Notes under the pieces: model-generated
Seen by the model: the letters and a program-made list of their open reading frames with translations, nothing else
What the model was told of the DNA's origin: nothing
Database searches by the model: none
Program-made: the position numbers and the translations under genes
Assembly: GCA_964057225.1 (NCBI GenBank)
Contig: OZ059898.1
Span: forward strand, 12,276,001 to 12,340,000
Reading direction: 5' to 3'
Length of the DNA stretch: 64,000 bases
Source: Auanema rhodensis
Lineage: Eukaryota > Animalia > Nematoda
In this document: positions 27,601 to 42,000 of the stretch, piece by piece
Layout of the letters: each line of letters starts with the position of its first letter
Position numbering within the stretch: the stretch's first letter is position 1

Positions 27601-30440
27601 CTGGATAAGAGTTTAGAACATAACATTGAAAATTAGTATAAAACAATATTTCCTAACTCTTACCTTTTATTTCTCTCTCTCTCTCTCTATCTCTCTTTTT
27701 GTATTTTTTTTCCAAAATTTCGAATGAAAGTTCTAATTCCACACTCCATCTAACGAGTATAATATGTTTTTCATAAGCTTATTCACTATTTTTCATGAAA
27801 AAAACAATTGTATAAAGTTATTATTCAGTACAGCAAAAGCCTCAAAAAAGCAGGCGATTTAGTTAGTTTGATTTCAAAAATCACACACAGTTCTTGAAGG
27901 CTAAAAGTCCAACGTAACTTTGAGAGCTCATTGCAACTGTTATTTTTCGAGCAATTTCGAAGATCTTAAGCAACTTGACTCCTTCAATCGTCGACTCATT
28001 CACGTATATAAGCATGACGTGAAAATGATTCTGGTGACCAAACATTCCGTTCTGATCCAATTTCTCATTTCTAAATGTGCAAACTGAGCAGACGGTTGTG
28101 TATCACTTTTAAATCAAATTAATTTCATAATTCTTTATTGTATATTGGCTTATCTTGATTTTCTATTATTTTTTCGAGAAAAAAAAGAAAGAAAAAGATA
28201 ATTGATTAAGTTGTTGATTAGATATTGAGATCTAAGTTTTTTTGAAAGAATTTCAATTAGAAAGAATAATCTGAAAATGGATCTATATATGTATATTTGA
28301 ATATCTGTGTATCTGATTAAGATTAAGCTTAAGAGATCATTCAGTACATGAGATCCCTTATAAGTTTTCTTAAATTATTATTTGAATCTAATATATATGT
28401 ATGTTATAGTTAGTAAGATATATAGATGTTATTGATGCTAAGTACCAGGATTCTGAATGATTGTAGTATAATTCTATGAAAGGAATTATTTAACAAAAAA
28501 AACCTTTGTGTTCTAAGATTTATCTTGAAATATATGAATATTCACTTTGATCATAATATCTATCTCTTACCATATATGTAATTCATAAGAATGAAGACTT
28601 AAAACTAATATTCTGAGTTTAGTTGTACATTGACATTGAGATGTATGTATACATACACATGTTGTATGTCCATTTCTTGTTTAAAACATTGTTTTAAGTA
28701 CTTTTCTTGAGATGATACCTAATGGATATCCATATTCAATACTATACATATCTAATATAATGAAATAGTTATATATAAATATTATATTAGATACATCTAT
28801 ATATTTATAATTATTCATATAAACTATATAATATTACTGCTACTATTACTACAATTTACTATTTCATACAGGCTAAAAAACTCAATTTTCTTCTCATGAT
28901 GAGAATACTTTGGTTATTCTCCAACATTTTCTTCTGATTTCTTTCTTTTCATTGGCTCCATTCGAGGAAAAAAACTATTTTTTTCACTTCAAAAGCATAT
29001 CATTTCGGATCGTCTGTGTATATGTGCATATACATACATATTATGAGGAAAAGCATGGATCTTCGGTTAACGGCTTTCAATCTTTTTTTATCTCTCACCT
29101 CTCCTCTTTTCTCTTTCTCTCTCTCTCTCTTTCTTTCATAACTCTCTCAAACATATTTGCCCCTCTTTATCACTACATCTCTGAGCTTGTTACCTAATGA
29201 TGAAAACATGCTGGATGAAAATGAATATACTGACAGCTCTTATACTTTGGCAAGAGACGAATTTCTATTTGGCTGACCTCATATTAACAATAAATATATT
29301 TTTGAGCTAACTATATATCGAAACCTCAAAGATCAAGCACTAACGGCTTTACTTACATACACATATGCATGCACAGACACACATACACATACACACAGAT
29401 ACATACAGATGATGAAGTAACTGTTTTTCAAATTTTAAGAATGTTTCATTTCAAATTAATTTTCAGGAAATCTAAATATATATTTATAATAATCAAATAA
29501 GCTATAATAATTATGTCCTAATATAGTATATGAAGTACATACAGACATAGACATCATACATGTATTTGTGTATTTTCATGAACTAACGCCAGGGGCGATA
29601 TACGAACGAACTCTTAAGAGAACAAACTCACATACATATACATATATTGAAGCATACATACTAAACTTGAATCTGTCAATCATTTCATTCGAAAAACTAT
29701 ATTTTTTCCACAAAATGTTCTTTGAAATCAAACAGAAGATATAAACAAAGCCAAATCAACATCGTTAGAATGATTAGATCTCAATGTAAATCTTTAGTTT
29801 ATTGGTTTGTCGAATTGTTTTACCTTCTCAGGATTTCTCCTGTGTACTTTGAATCAAACAACATCAGAATCAGAAGCAACACACTTTGCATAATGTGAAA
29901 GATGTGAGGGCAATTCAGAGAAGACAGATTCAAAAGAAGAAACTTGAGATCCTTTCAATAAAAATGGTAATTCGATAATTATAATTTAGTCTTTTAAAGA
30001 GCAGTACATGTATGTATATCTTAAATTTCTTTATGAAACATGTTTAAAATCAGATGCGACATCTAAATTGATACCTTCGACATGCTTTTTGTCAAGCTAC
30101 TGATTTTCCCAATAGTAGAGAGATGCTGCAGTTGCAACTGCAGCTTCTCATTTTCCATATGATAACGTCATCATCAGATTTTTGTGTGTGTGTGTCTTAA
30201 GACAAAAATCTTCATTCTACTTCTCTCATTCTTTCCGTTCGCACCGGAACAGCTTTCTCGCTTTGTCTTCATCTTTTCGAAACATCTGATGAATATCTGA
30301 AAAATAAATGAAGCAGAATAGATGATAAAGACTCACAAAGTTGTATACTATGTACGATAAAAGGATATTTGATGAATAGATTTACCTTTTATACTTTTCT
30401 ACTTTATTCCACCTCACCCTCTCAACAACTTCCTTTCCTC

Positions 30441-30637
30441 TCTTTCTCTCTCTGTCCCTCTATCCTTCTCACCCTCTCTCTCTCCTTCTCTCTCTCTCTC
30501 TCTCTATTCCTCTCTCCCTCTCTTCCTCCCTCTCTTTCTCTCTCTCTGTCCCTCTATCCTTCTCACCCTCTCTCTCTCCTTCTCTCTCTCTCTCTCTCTC
30601 TCTATTCCTCTCTCCCTCTCTTCCTCCCTCTCTTTCT
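30441..30637. repeat. Tandem duplication (2 x ~95 bp) of a complex CT-rich unit
   Basis: The unit tctgtccctctatccttctcaccctctctc...tctattcctctctccctctcttcctccctc occurs twice, differing only in CT-run lengths. Confidence 0.85.
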
Positions 30638-31719
30638 TTCACTTTTTTCTGTCCGGGAGCTACCTTCATTATTGGCTTTCTAGCTAGAGCATAACTGAAC
30701 AGCACTGGGTGGCTGAGTAGTACACCTTCATTCCGCTCTACTTAACCAAGACCAGATATCAATGAAGAAAACTTCTTGCCCAAGCAAACTGACAAATTCT
30801 ATTTCTTCACTCTAACTATGTGAATTATATGTGTGTCTGTAGTTAACATATTGTTTTCTTATATCTTATGGTTCCTTTCTTTCTCTCTTTCTCTTTTTTT
30901 CTCTCACTCTCTCACTCTCTCCGTCTTTCGTTTATCTTTCGTTATAAGCTTTCTATGAAGATCATTTCTCAATCTTAATTACTAAATTTGCTCAAAAAAA
31001 TGTGATGAAAAGACGGATATCCATCAGAAACAGGCTATGTGTTTATGAAAACTTCGAAAAGGTCGAATTTCAATAATTTTTTTTGATCCACAATGTGAAA
31101 AAGACAATGTGATCTACAATCGAATTATCACCAAAAAACGAGTTAAAAGCTAAAGCCCACAAGAAGACAAAGAACAAACTGAGCTGTCGTCGTCGTCTCA
31201 AATTCTTCTTTTTCTTTTACGTCGTCATTGTCAATGTCTGCTTGTTTAACTGTTCTTCCTTATTTGAAGGAAACAAAAATTAATCTTTCAGAGAAAAAAG
31301 GTGATTTGAATGTAAAATTCGGTTTCGTATGGTTTTCAGCTTACATTGCTAGATGTTATGCCAGAAACAAAGTTTTTTGTTTGATGTTTAACACCTAGCA
31401 CAACTATTCTTCTTATATTTGTACATTTAATTAACTAAACTTTTTTCTTTTTATTTTATTTTTTTGAACAAAAATCATTTGAATATTGTGCTTAAAAGCT
31501 ATCGTTTTCTTTCACAATAACCTAATAAAATAACATTTAACAAGCCATATTATAAAAAAGTTTATGTTTGTTTTTCCAAAAGTTATATAACTGTTGTAAC
31601 ATATTAATGTTGTAGCTCTCATCGAAGTTTTTTTTTTGTCACATTCCCACCTCCCACTCATCTTGTTCGATACCTCTTCTCTTTAATCCCCCCTCTCTCT
31701 CCCCCCTCTCTTTCTCTTT

Positions 31720-31722
<3 letters not shown>

Positions 31723-31779
<57 letters not shown>
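31723..31779. repeat. (CT)n microsatellite
   Basis: About 28 perfect TC units. Confidence 0.95.
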
Positions 31780-31785
<6 letters not shown>

Positions 31786-32797
31786 TTTCTTCCATCTTCT
31801 CTACACAATTTCTATCAAAGACATCTGTCTTTTTATATATGTTCTTTTATAATATTTCTTATTTTATAGAGTGAAACTAGACCAATTTTTACATCATCTT
31901 TAGGTTATTCTTAAAAAATATTCATTTTGTAATGCTTCCATCCGTTTCATGAGCAAGAAATAGAGAGAGAGAGAGAAAGAGAGAGAGAGAAAAACCGATA
32001 AAGAGAGAGAAAAAAAGGAAAAAAAACTCAAAATAAGAAATGAAAAACAAGCATTTTCATTCCAAATTGGCTACCTTTATCCAATGGTTTCATCTACATT
32101 TGTATTCTTATGTTTGTTATCTTATTATAATGTTTAAAAAATTAAAAAAAACAAACAACAACAACGATAAATTAATCAGAAATATTTTTATACTTTTCAT
32201 AAAGTTTCAAATAATTTATATTATTTATTTATAAATTATACAAAATAAATCTAAACTTAGACATATACATACATAGTATACATAGACGAGGTGGATATAT
32301 GCATATACATACATACATATTCATGTATCCATCCGAAAAAAAAAAGAAAAAATTTAATATTTCTCAAATCAAAGATACATATTTTTAAAAAATAAATACA
32401 TATATGTATATATATAGATATATAGTATAAGAAAAAGAAAACTAACTATGTGTATAGATAAACAGATAGAGATAGATTCTACCAAATACTTGAATTTCCA
32501 CTTGCTTCCCTTTTCCAACTTTTTCTTTGTTTTAAAATATTTTTTTTTCATTGCCACTCATATTTTGCATGGCTTCAGAGAGTGATAAACAAGAAAAAGT
32601 TTTTTTTCCAAGTATGGATAAAACTTTACTCAACTGATTGTATTCTTATTTTCTTCAGCAGCTTTATTATTTCTAATTTTCGAACTTTGTTCTCACAGAA
32701 ATATATGTATATAATATTATATTATATAAATACATACCTATGCTTCCTAGTACATACTATCATCTCTGATTCTCTTGCCACCCCTGACTTCCCCTCC

Positions 32798-32833
<36 letters not shown>

Positions 32834-33009
32834 AAAGATGTTTCACACAGATTTTTAAAAATATATTTTTCTATAATATATTGTTTATCATTAAATATCA
32901 TACAATATAATAATAATAATGAATAAAATATTCTATTGAACTATTAGAATTTTCCGATTTTACACATGGCCTTACACATCATGAATTCAGTCCACTTACT
33001 TCATTTCAT

Positions 33010-33011
<2 letters not shown>

Positions 33012-33097
<86 letters not shown>
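33012..33097. repeat. (CT)n microsatellite
   Basis: About 43 perfect CT units. Confidence 0.95.
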
Positions 33098-33100
<3 letters not shown>

Positions 33101-35311
33101 AATATCATCTTTCTCTCTCTCTCTCTTCAAATATCAATCTTTCTCTTTTTGTTTAACAGTACGAATATTTAATTTTTTCCTTTATTTCTCAGACTGTTCA
33201 TCTTTTACCTTCATTTATTTCTCACCATTTTAATCCATCTTTTTTTTCTTCACATCATACCCCTTCTCTCTTTCCTTTCCTCTCTCTCTCTCCATCAACA
33301 CCAACAACCCTCCCCGATTCCTGTTCCTCTCACTATTTTCTGAATAGATCTCAATATATATATATGTATATATCTGAGAAAAAAATAAGAAAGAAGTCTA
33401 TAGTCTATTTCTTTTTAATTTTTTTTTCTATTTTCCAAAATTTGTTTCAACTATAATTTCATTTTTTTCAAGTTTCATGTGTTTGTATTTTATTTTTTAT
33501 TTTACGGAAACCTTTTTTATTTTTTTTTATTTTCATTATCAAAAAATGTTCTCAAACTTTAAATACATTAACTCTATGATGATGTTATTGACCTAAACTA
33601 TTATTATTTTTCCTTTTCATTTACAAATATTTTCATTTATAAAGACTTTCAAATATCTTAAATATATAATATGTCTTTTAAATAATTTTTTAGCATCATG
33701 AATGCTATATATCAATTTTTTATTTTTTATTTTAATAACTTTTATAACATATAGTATGTATTATATATTTATGTTCATTTTTAACAAGAAGTTCAACACC
33801 AGTTAGCAGTTGTCATGCTTTTCACAGCTGTAAGCCATTTTTCTAATTTTTTTCTGTTTTTGATTTGTGGAATAGTTTTGTAATGTCTTTATAAAATGAT
33901 TGATAGTACGGAGCTGTATGGAATATTATGTTTCAGTTTTCTTTTAGAAAAGAAAAAAAATTTTTTTTTTGGTTAAATGTCTACATATCCTCTATGTTTC
34001 GTCAAACTTGATCCATTTTTTTTACCAAAACGACACAAACACATACAAGATTCAGCTTTTTCACTCAAATATTATGAGAATCAAAAAAAATTGAATGCTC
34101 TTATCATGTACTCTGATCATTATTTATTTTAATAATTTTTTGATTGAATGAAAGAGTGAATATGATAAAATTTCTACTGAAAATCAGTATGTCAAATGTC
34201 GTTCATTTTTGGGACATGTTTTCTCAACATGGTACTTGTAAATATAAGTTCAAATCTAAAATTAGTTCATAATATTTTATATTCTGATCGTAAGTCCAAT
34301 ATTCGAATATGACCACATACTTCACGCATCACCTGCCTATATTCCACGTATCGCATCATTTCTAGCTGAGCAGTACTGATGAACGGTTGTGCTTTATCAT
34401 TGGATATCTATCTATGTGTTGTAAATCCAATCGCCTGACTGTCATACACCAAACTCATTATCTTCAGCTTAATCTGACTTTTGTCCTCCTACTGAATATG
34501 ATATTTATTTTGTTTTTCTATTCAAAAATCATCTCGTCTACTATTGATTAAACTAATCTTTATTTTATATATATTTGAGTTTAACAACAACATATCAAAT
34601 ATGAATTTCATGCGAAATGCATATATAATATCCTATATATACTATATATGGATAGATAGCTAGATTCTTTTTTAAATATACATATAAGTTAACATAGTAT
34701 GTAGTGTGTATATGAGAACAATCTGAGATTTTATAAAAAATACCATAATAACTTCAATTTCATTAACATTTAAAAAGAAAAATCCTTTTTAAGAAAAAAT
34801 ATAAATTTGGTATTGTTAGTACTGACTTAATACCCAAGGGCTTATCATATACTATGTATGTGTATGTTTGTATGTATAAGCACATTTGATATGTGTAATA
34901 TTCTTATAGTAAAGCATACATATTCATAATAAAAAAATATGTTTTCCATAAAACTCTTATAAAGAACTTATTTGTATTTTCATATTCAATTGGATGTTTT
35001 TTCCTAATTAACCAATTTAATTGTCATATTGAAGCCTCTTCTGCTACTTCCTTGTCATCTTTTTTCTTTGCTAACCTTTGTGAAAGCTATGTTAGTATTC
35101 ACTTCAACAACAATTTCACTTCAATGCTTGGCTTGGAATCACCCAACGAGAAAAGCTTTTTAATAATTTCACTTAATAGATAAATAAAATTTGAATATTT
35201 AATCAACTTTCGGTTCTTTCTTTTCTTTTTCCATCTCTAACTCTCACTATCTCTTTGATATGTCTTTAGTAAAACTTTTAAAATATCATTTTACATATAT
35301 GTACCTCTCTT

Positions 35312-35358
<47 letters not shown>

Positions 35359-36147
35359 ATATTAATTGATTATTACCTAGAAATGCAACTGTTCTCATCC
35401 ATATATTACTTATAAATATCAAATGTATTTGCTGCTTCGAACTTTGTGACGTAAGCAAACGTGATTCATTAGAATATTCATTTCAGTGGACACGTGGAAA
35501 GGTATTTATGCTAACTAACTACTGAAATAACGTAGCTTCCAAAAGCTAGAGAAGAGGGATGTCATGACGTCGTCGCTGGCATGTCTCAAGAATTTTTTTT
35601 GCCTTTTTTTTTACAAAAAACGAAATAAGAGATGAACTTCATAAGCTTGATTAGTCATACCTATACGTATTTCAAGTTGAAACATTAACTAATTTATATC
35701 AACAGCTAATATAACATATAATTTATATGAAAAAGAAAAAAATCGTCTGGAACACCTGTTGTGATAATGAACATTTCCCTAACATGATATTCAAGCATAC
35801 GTTCAACATCAGCAGTCATAACTCACAGCTTGAATTCCAACCTATTGCATATGTTTGAACCTAAGTGTGAATAAAACAAAAAACGCCGACGGCTCTGATG
35901 AATACTTATAGATTTTCATTTTTTCCACTCTTCATATCCAACTCCAAAAAAAACATTGCAGATTTCTGCAGCTTCAATCCGAGCCTAATCTCCAGAATTG
36001 AGTTTCTCAATCCTGTGCGATGAAGCTGTTGGGAGCTTTTAGGAGGACAGTAGTATAGAAAGTGTTGACGCTGGCGCACCTTTTTTGCCCAAATGCGATT
36101 TTGCAGATTTTCAAAAATTAAAAAAATTTTTTTATTGAAAATCATAC

Positions 36148-36572
36148 TTAATTTCCCCCGGTATCCGTTGCGCAATCTGAGCCGGAAGTCGGCGACGGAG
36201 GCGTGATTGCTGCGTAGAGCAGATTCAAAATCTGACGTGCCGTCGTAATCACATAGTCTTCATTGGGATTTGCCAGCGGATCTATAAAAAACTAAATTAA
36301 TACACTTCATTAATCCAAATAGCAAAAATATAAAGATTCTAAAAATATATCTTTAAAATATTGAAACCTACCAACGTAGACAAGGTCGGAGAGAACACAA
36401 ACAGCCTTTATTTGGTTTCAGTCTCTTCAGCAGTAGTCCGGTGGTTGAATTCTAAATACATTTAGCATAGATTAGTTTATTATAATAATTTATTGTTAAT
36501 GGATTATTAGAAAAAAGAAACATACTTGGCCCACAATTGGTATACGCATCGTTGGATCAAGATGTCCGCGCA
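36148..36572 (-). pseudogene. Three-exon gene remnant of unknown family with two in-frame TGA codons
   Basis: GC-rich exons 36572-36526, 36451-36372, 36281-36148 are separated by AT-rich GT..AG introns (gtatgt..tttag; gtaggt..tatag). One frame runs through all junctions: CADILIQRCVYQLWAKIQPPDYC*RD*NQIKAVCVLSDLVYVDPLANPNEDYVITTARQILNLLYAAITPPSPTSGSDCATDTGGN*. Confidence 0.55.
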
Positions 36573-36637
36573 CTAAAACAAAATCTTTTCATTAACTACA
36601 GGAAAAGTTTTGAATTTATCAAGTAGGAAAATTTTCT

Positions 36638-37073
36638 TTAAAGGGGTACAGAACGGACTTTGCTGCCTGGCAAATGCGAATGACTTACGTGGAAATCATT
36701 ACTTTTTCAATTATAATTACAAACAATCAGTCTATCACAAAAGCAATGAATTTTCTTGTACAAGACAAAAAAATACAACGATTACAACAAAAGTGTCAAA
36801 GAGAATCAACACGTTTCGATTCTGCAGGTATCAATTCACATTTCCACTATTTTTATTAAAATTTGAACCACGGTCAACCGAAATGAAAATTTGAAAGTTA
36901 CGTGGCAGACGCAAAATTGCTTGCTACGTAAATTCAAAAAATCTGATGGAAAAATAAATATTTAAGCTTAAACTCAACAAATTACGTAAAATCCTTCTGG
37001 TAATCTTTTTTTCTACGAAACGTGTCGCGCATTTTAAGAATAAGTTGAAAAAGTCCATTCAGTACCCCTTCAA
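36638..37073. mobile_element. Non-autonomous DNA transposon (MITE), ~435 bp
   Basis: Terminal inverted repeats: left AAGGGGTACAGAACGGACTTT (36641-36661); right, reverse-complemented, AAGGGGTACTGAATGGACTTT (37050-37070); 19/21 identical. TTAA at the left end, degenerate TCAA at the right; no transposase ORF. Confidence 0.7.
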
Positions 37074-39019
37074 CATTTTTATACGAGAAACCGAAAATTT
37101 ATTTTTTAAAATTTAGTTCAACTGGGGCAAATGTGTGATTGTGCTCGGTCACAGTGAGCAAGAGAAAAGAAGGTCATACAAAGAGAAAGAGAAATTGGCA
37201 GGGTGAAGGTATCACAAATTGAGAGAACTGAAGGAGAAAGAGAGAGTGGTTAATCTGTAAGATCTCTCTAGAACTCTACGAGTTTGGTCACACTCGAAAC
37301 TTCTCGAAAAAAAAATCACAAAAATAAACAAAAATAAATAACAATAATAACAGATAAACATCTATATCTGTCTATATATACATATATGAAGTCTATACAT
37401 ATACACATACATGTATAGAGTTATCTGTTACACTGAAAGAGAATGTATGTTTAAATTGAATTTCACATGCTTTCAAGCTCATCTTTCATTATATCTCAGT
37501 TATGTATACTATTGCTTCCAAAGTGTTTTTTTCCCTTCTTTTCTCATATAGATATATATATATATATATACATATCTATTTCTATATCTATATTTCATTT
37601 GATTATCAAATTTTTTTCCACTTTGTATGTCATTAACTAGGTTGAGCTTCTTCCAAGCTCTCTATTCATCCTTCAACTCTATCAATCTCTCATCATTTCA
37701 TTCTTAATCATTGTGTTATATATAAACCATTTCTATTTAGTATTCATTTCCATGACCTTAAGTCTGAACCCAATTTTTAAGATTTCTTCACGACAATTGA
37801 GTTAATTGAACTTTAATCTTATCTATGATCATGAAAGCATACTTTAATTAGTTGTCTCATTGTTATAAGGTTAAGTTAACCATACTATCTATTTTTCTTT
37901 TAACTTTTCCTATTCTCCCTCACATTTCTTCAGATTAACTCATATACTCTATTATTTTAATTTTAATTTATTTCTGTTTTTAGTGCTATATAGCTAATCA
38001 ACAATCCATTATTTTAAACAAAAAAAGCTCAGAAAAACAGATTAATATCTTGATCGCTGAAGCTGAAGCTGTGTACATTTGTCTGACTGTCTAGGAAAGC
38101 AATCTCTTTAATTTTCCTCATAAAAATGTCTTTTTATTTTTTCTTCAAAGAAAACACAACTAATTCATCATATTACAACTTTTCGAAATTGCTAAATTTC
38201 TATTTTCTCTGCTCAAATTCTGACAAAAAAAAAGAAAAAATGACATTTTATACTACCGAATTGAGAATTATATTGTTTTTCATTAAAATATGTACTGTTC
38301 TCGTTATATTATAATCTTTTCGAACTTACATTCGAATTGGTTTGAGCATGTGCTGGCCATCTTCGAGAATCATTTGAATCATTCATGTTGATCTTGAAGT
38401 CTTCATCTACAAATTTTCCTTCTAATTCATTTCTGTCGTTACTACTCTACCCACTCCATGTTTCTAAATGTAGATCTTTCTTTTTCTCTCATTTACTATA
38501 ATTCTCGTCTCTTTTTTTTATTTCCAATTCCAAGTTTTATCTAATGATTGTCCTTTTTTGTTAACAAGTTCATCATCGTTTCCTAATGTATATCTGGCAT
38601 GTTATATTTAGCAAACATTTAAATTTATTCAATGTTGTCCTTCAAGTTTTTTTTTTGTAACTTTTTATTTTTATTTTTAGACAATAATATGTAAAAGTTA
38701 AAGAACTATCAAAAAAGTATAACATAGATAATAACACAAATAGTTTGAGATATATGTATGTATATGTCAAATTTTTACAAAAAAAACAAGATGTCCAAAC
38801 TCAAAAATAGTTCAGATTTTTAATAATTTCTTTACAAATGGGATAAATACTATTTTTCATCTATTTATAAGTTATTAACTTTTGTTTTTATTAACTAATA
38901 ATATAAGAATATAATATATATTTTGATAATTGTTATTAATCGTTCAAATAAGATTTGCCATACCGTACTGCATATGACATTCAATGCAACTTTTCTTGGA
39001 AAATACCTAAAAATTGTTA

Positions 39020-39053
<34 letters not shown>

Positions 39054-42000
39054 AGATGATGAAGCTGAGATATGCTTCCAACTATGTATGTAAGTTGGCT
39101 TGAAGTTGTAGCATTTCTATGTATGAGTATTAATGCCACTGTGTACGTCTTCATCATTGTTTTTCAAAGTATACATACATGTATATCCGGTAGCTGATCA
39201 TTCATTTTTCTTGTTTTGACTCCTTTTCTCTCGTTACTTAGACGACATAGATGAATAACCTCTCAAACTAATTTTTTTTAAAAGTTTTTAGAGAATAAAA
39301 ACTTAAAAGTCGTTCATTCAATCAATGATCATTAAGTGCTCATGTTTTTGTTGTTAAGCTCTTTTGTTATTTGTCTTTTCGTTTCATTTATATCAGATGA
39401 GAATTGTGCTCAGCTGTAACTCCTGCTCTTCATTTAAACTTAATTTGTTCTTTATATCATCAGTTATCATATTGTTTCTGTTTTTTTTATATTAAAAAAA
39501 AGTTGATGTATGTATATAAGTATGTTGATTTGATACAAAAATATATATTTTATATATAACCAGAACAACATTTCCCCTAAATTTTTCAATTTTTTCAAAA
39601 TCAGTGTTTTATTCAAACATTTTTTCGATTTGCCCCCCCCCCCCTAACCCTTCTCATCTCTCTCTCTCTCACTCTCTCTCTCTCTCTCTCTTTTTCTCTC
39701 TTGAAGTTGAGCTGCCCTTCCACTGATTCATACTTTTGACGTTCTTCTCCTGGATATTTCTACCTATCATCTGTTCCCTTTCTTTTCACAACTATTTCTT
39801 ATTTTCGAAACTTTCACTTTTTGATTCTCAATCTTTTTGCTATCATATTTCTAGCATATATCTATGTGAACTAGCATTCAAGTCCTCCATCCCATTCGCC
39901 TTCTGGCTGCTGCAAAACATCAGTAGAAGCATATTTAGGTTTCTCATACAATTGCTCTTCATATTTTCATCAGCTTCCTTTTTCATTTTTGGTGTTAATA
40001 TCTGCCAGCTGTTAATCAAATTTTTATGTTTTCATAGCAGGCCTCCAATTGTTATCGTAGCACATGGCATTTCCTATTGCTTCACAGCCGCTTTCCTAAC
40101 AATCTACGTCATCATCTAGTGATAATTGAATTAAGATAGTGTTGAAGCACTATTCCTGATCGCCCTCCCTCTTGTTTTCCTATCATGTGTCCGTCCGTTA
40201 GATCTATTTCTTGGATGTGCCATAAAACCATTCAGACACTTCTTCCTTTTACTTCCTCACTCTTCTTTTCTCCTTTTCAAAAGCTCTTACTATCTATTTA
40301 TATGTTCCAGACTTAAAAGTATTCTGTTTGCCCATTGTCCCTTCAAAGGACATGTCCTCTTTTTACATTTTCTCATGGTTTTCGTATTTCTATGTGTTCA
40401 ATCTGCCATTGCTTCCCGAAATCTGATAGATTTCGAACATTTTTTTGCTTGTCATCTCGTATTGTATTCGATTTTCAATGAGATGTATCCTTAATCGTAG
40501 TTATTTCTCATTCTCTCCCTCATTCATTTGTCTTTACCTAGCAACCCTGAACAGAAGACTAATAAGATGAGTTCTACTAGAAGGTTTCCGGCTTCATTCC
40601 AGTTCATAGTTTCATCCTCTCTTTCTCTATCTCTCTCCATTTTCTACCTCTTAAACTCTAATCTCTACTCTCCTTTTCTTCTTTTCTCTTAAACTCTGTC
40701 TTGTTTAGTCTCATCGTCTTTTAATTTTCTTATTTTTTATGAAACCTTTTACTCCAGTACTTGTCATAATGTAAAGGTCAAGCGCATAAAAAGAAAAAAA
40801 CTATTCATCACACTCAAATTCTCTGAATGCTGGCTATTGCCAAAGAACTTTGTTTTCTTTTTGAAAAGTATGTTTATTTCTACTCGCTCATAGCAATACC
40901 CATTGAAGTTTAGTTAGATTCCTCCACCCCCCTGTGCACATTGCTTCCAAAAGCCACCCCCACCTCCACCCTCATCTACTCTCCTGCCACCCTATTCACG
41001 GTTGACAACATCGTGTTCAGCCTGGTCAACTTGTATCAATAATATGTTTCTTCATCGTTTTTTATTGCTCTCCTCCCACCTTCCTGTCGTTGTTTTCTCC
41101 TATCATATATCAGATGTTTATATAATATTTTCTTAGTATTTCTTTACAAAAAATAGTAATCTTGTTATACGAATATCACGATATTACCAAGTATTCTCAA
41201 ATGATATGATGCATCATATTCCTGTAATGCTTTATGTTGACGTATAACTATGTATGTAAGTATATATATATATATAGTTAGGATGAATATTCATACTATG
41301 CTGATTATATGTATGTATAGGCCATGGAAGTGTCCTCCAAAACATTCGTTTATCCAATTATGGTGAAACCTACCACCACTCATTCACGTATTCATGTATA
41401 TATGTATATCACTATCATAAGGACAACAATATTTATCGTTTCATGTGATGTAGATAGACGTACACACATTCCAGATCTGAAATCAGTTATGATTTTTTTT
41501 TGTTTTAACTAAAAATCAAAATTTTCACAAACAGTACCGCCCGTCATCGTATATGTATCCATCTCCTCCTACTCTTTCAATTCATCATCATCGTCATTCC
41601 ATGTGGTATATCCGTTTCCGTGGGCTTTTCGAATAAATTTTCAGCTTTTTGGCAACAATGACATAACTAGTGGCACTTAATTCAGATTTCATTCATATTC
41701 GATCAGCTTTAAACTATAAAACAATATGTATTTGATGATCATATCCATGTAACACAAGACGTCTGAATGGCTTTTAGTTCCTTGCTTAACAACATGGCTT
41801 TCTCTTCCCTTTTTCTTCCTTCATCATCTACAATTGTGAAGATTCCTTTTAATAGTAACTTAATTCTCACTTAATTAAGTTGAAAGCTATTCTTATTGAT
41901 GCTACCCTTTTCCATTCTCTATGAATAACGTGCGGTCAATTGAATAATCCTAAAAGTTGATATTTATTATATTTTTTCTTCTTCTTCGACGTCAACTTAT

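Noticed and set aside
36410-36435. Selenocysteine reading of the C-TGA-x-x-TGA codons
   Set aside because: No SECIS-like hairpin is evident and nematode selenoproteomes are minimal; nonsense mutation is the simpler explanation.
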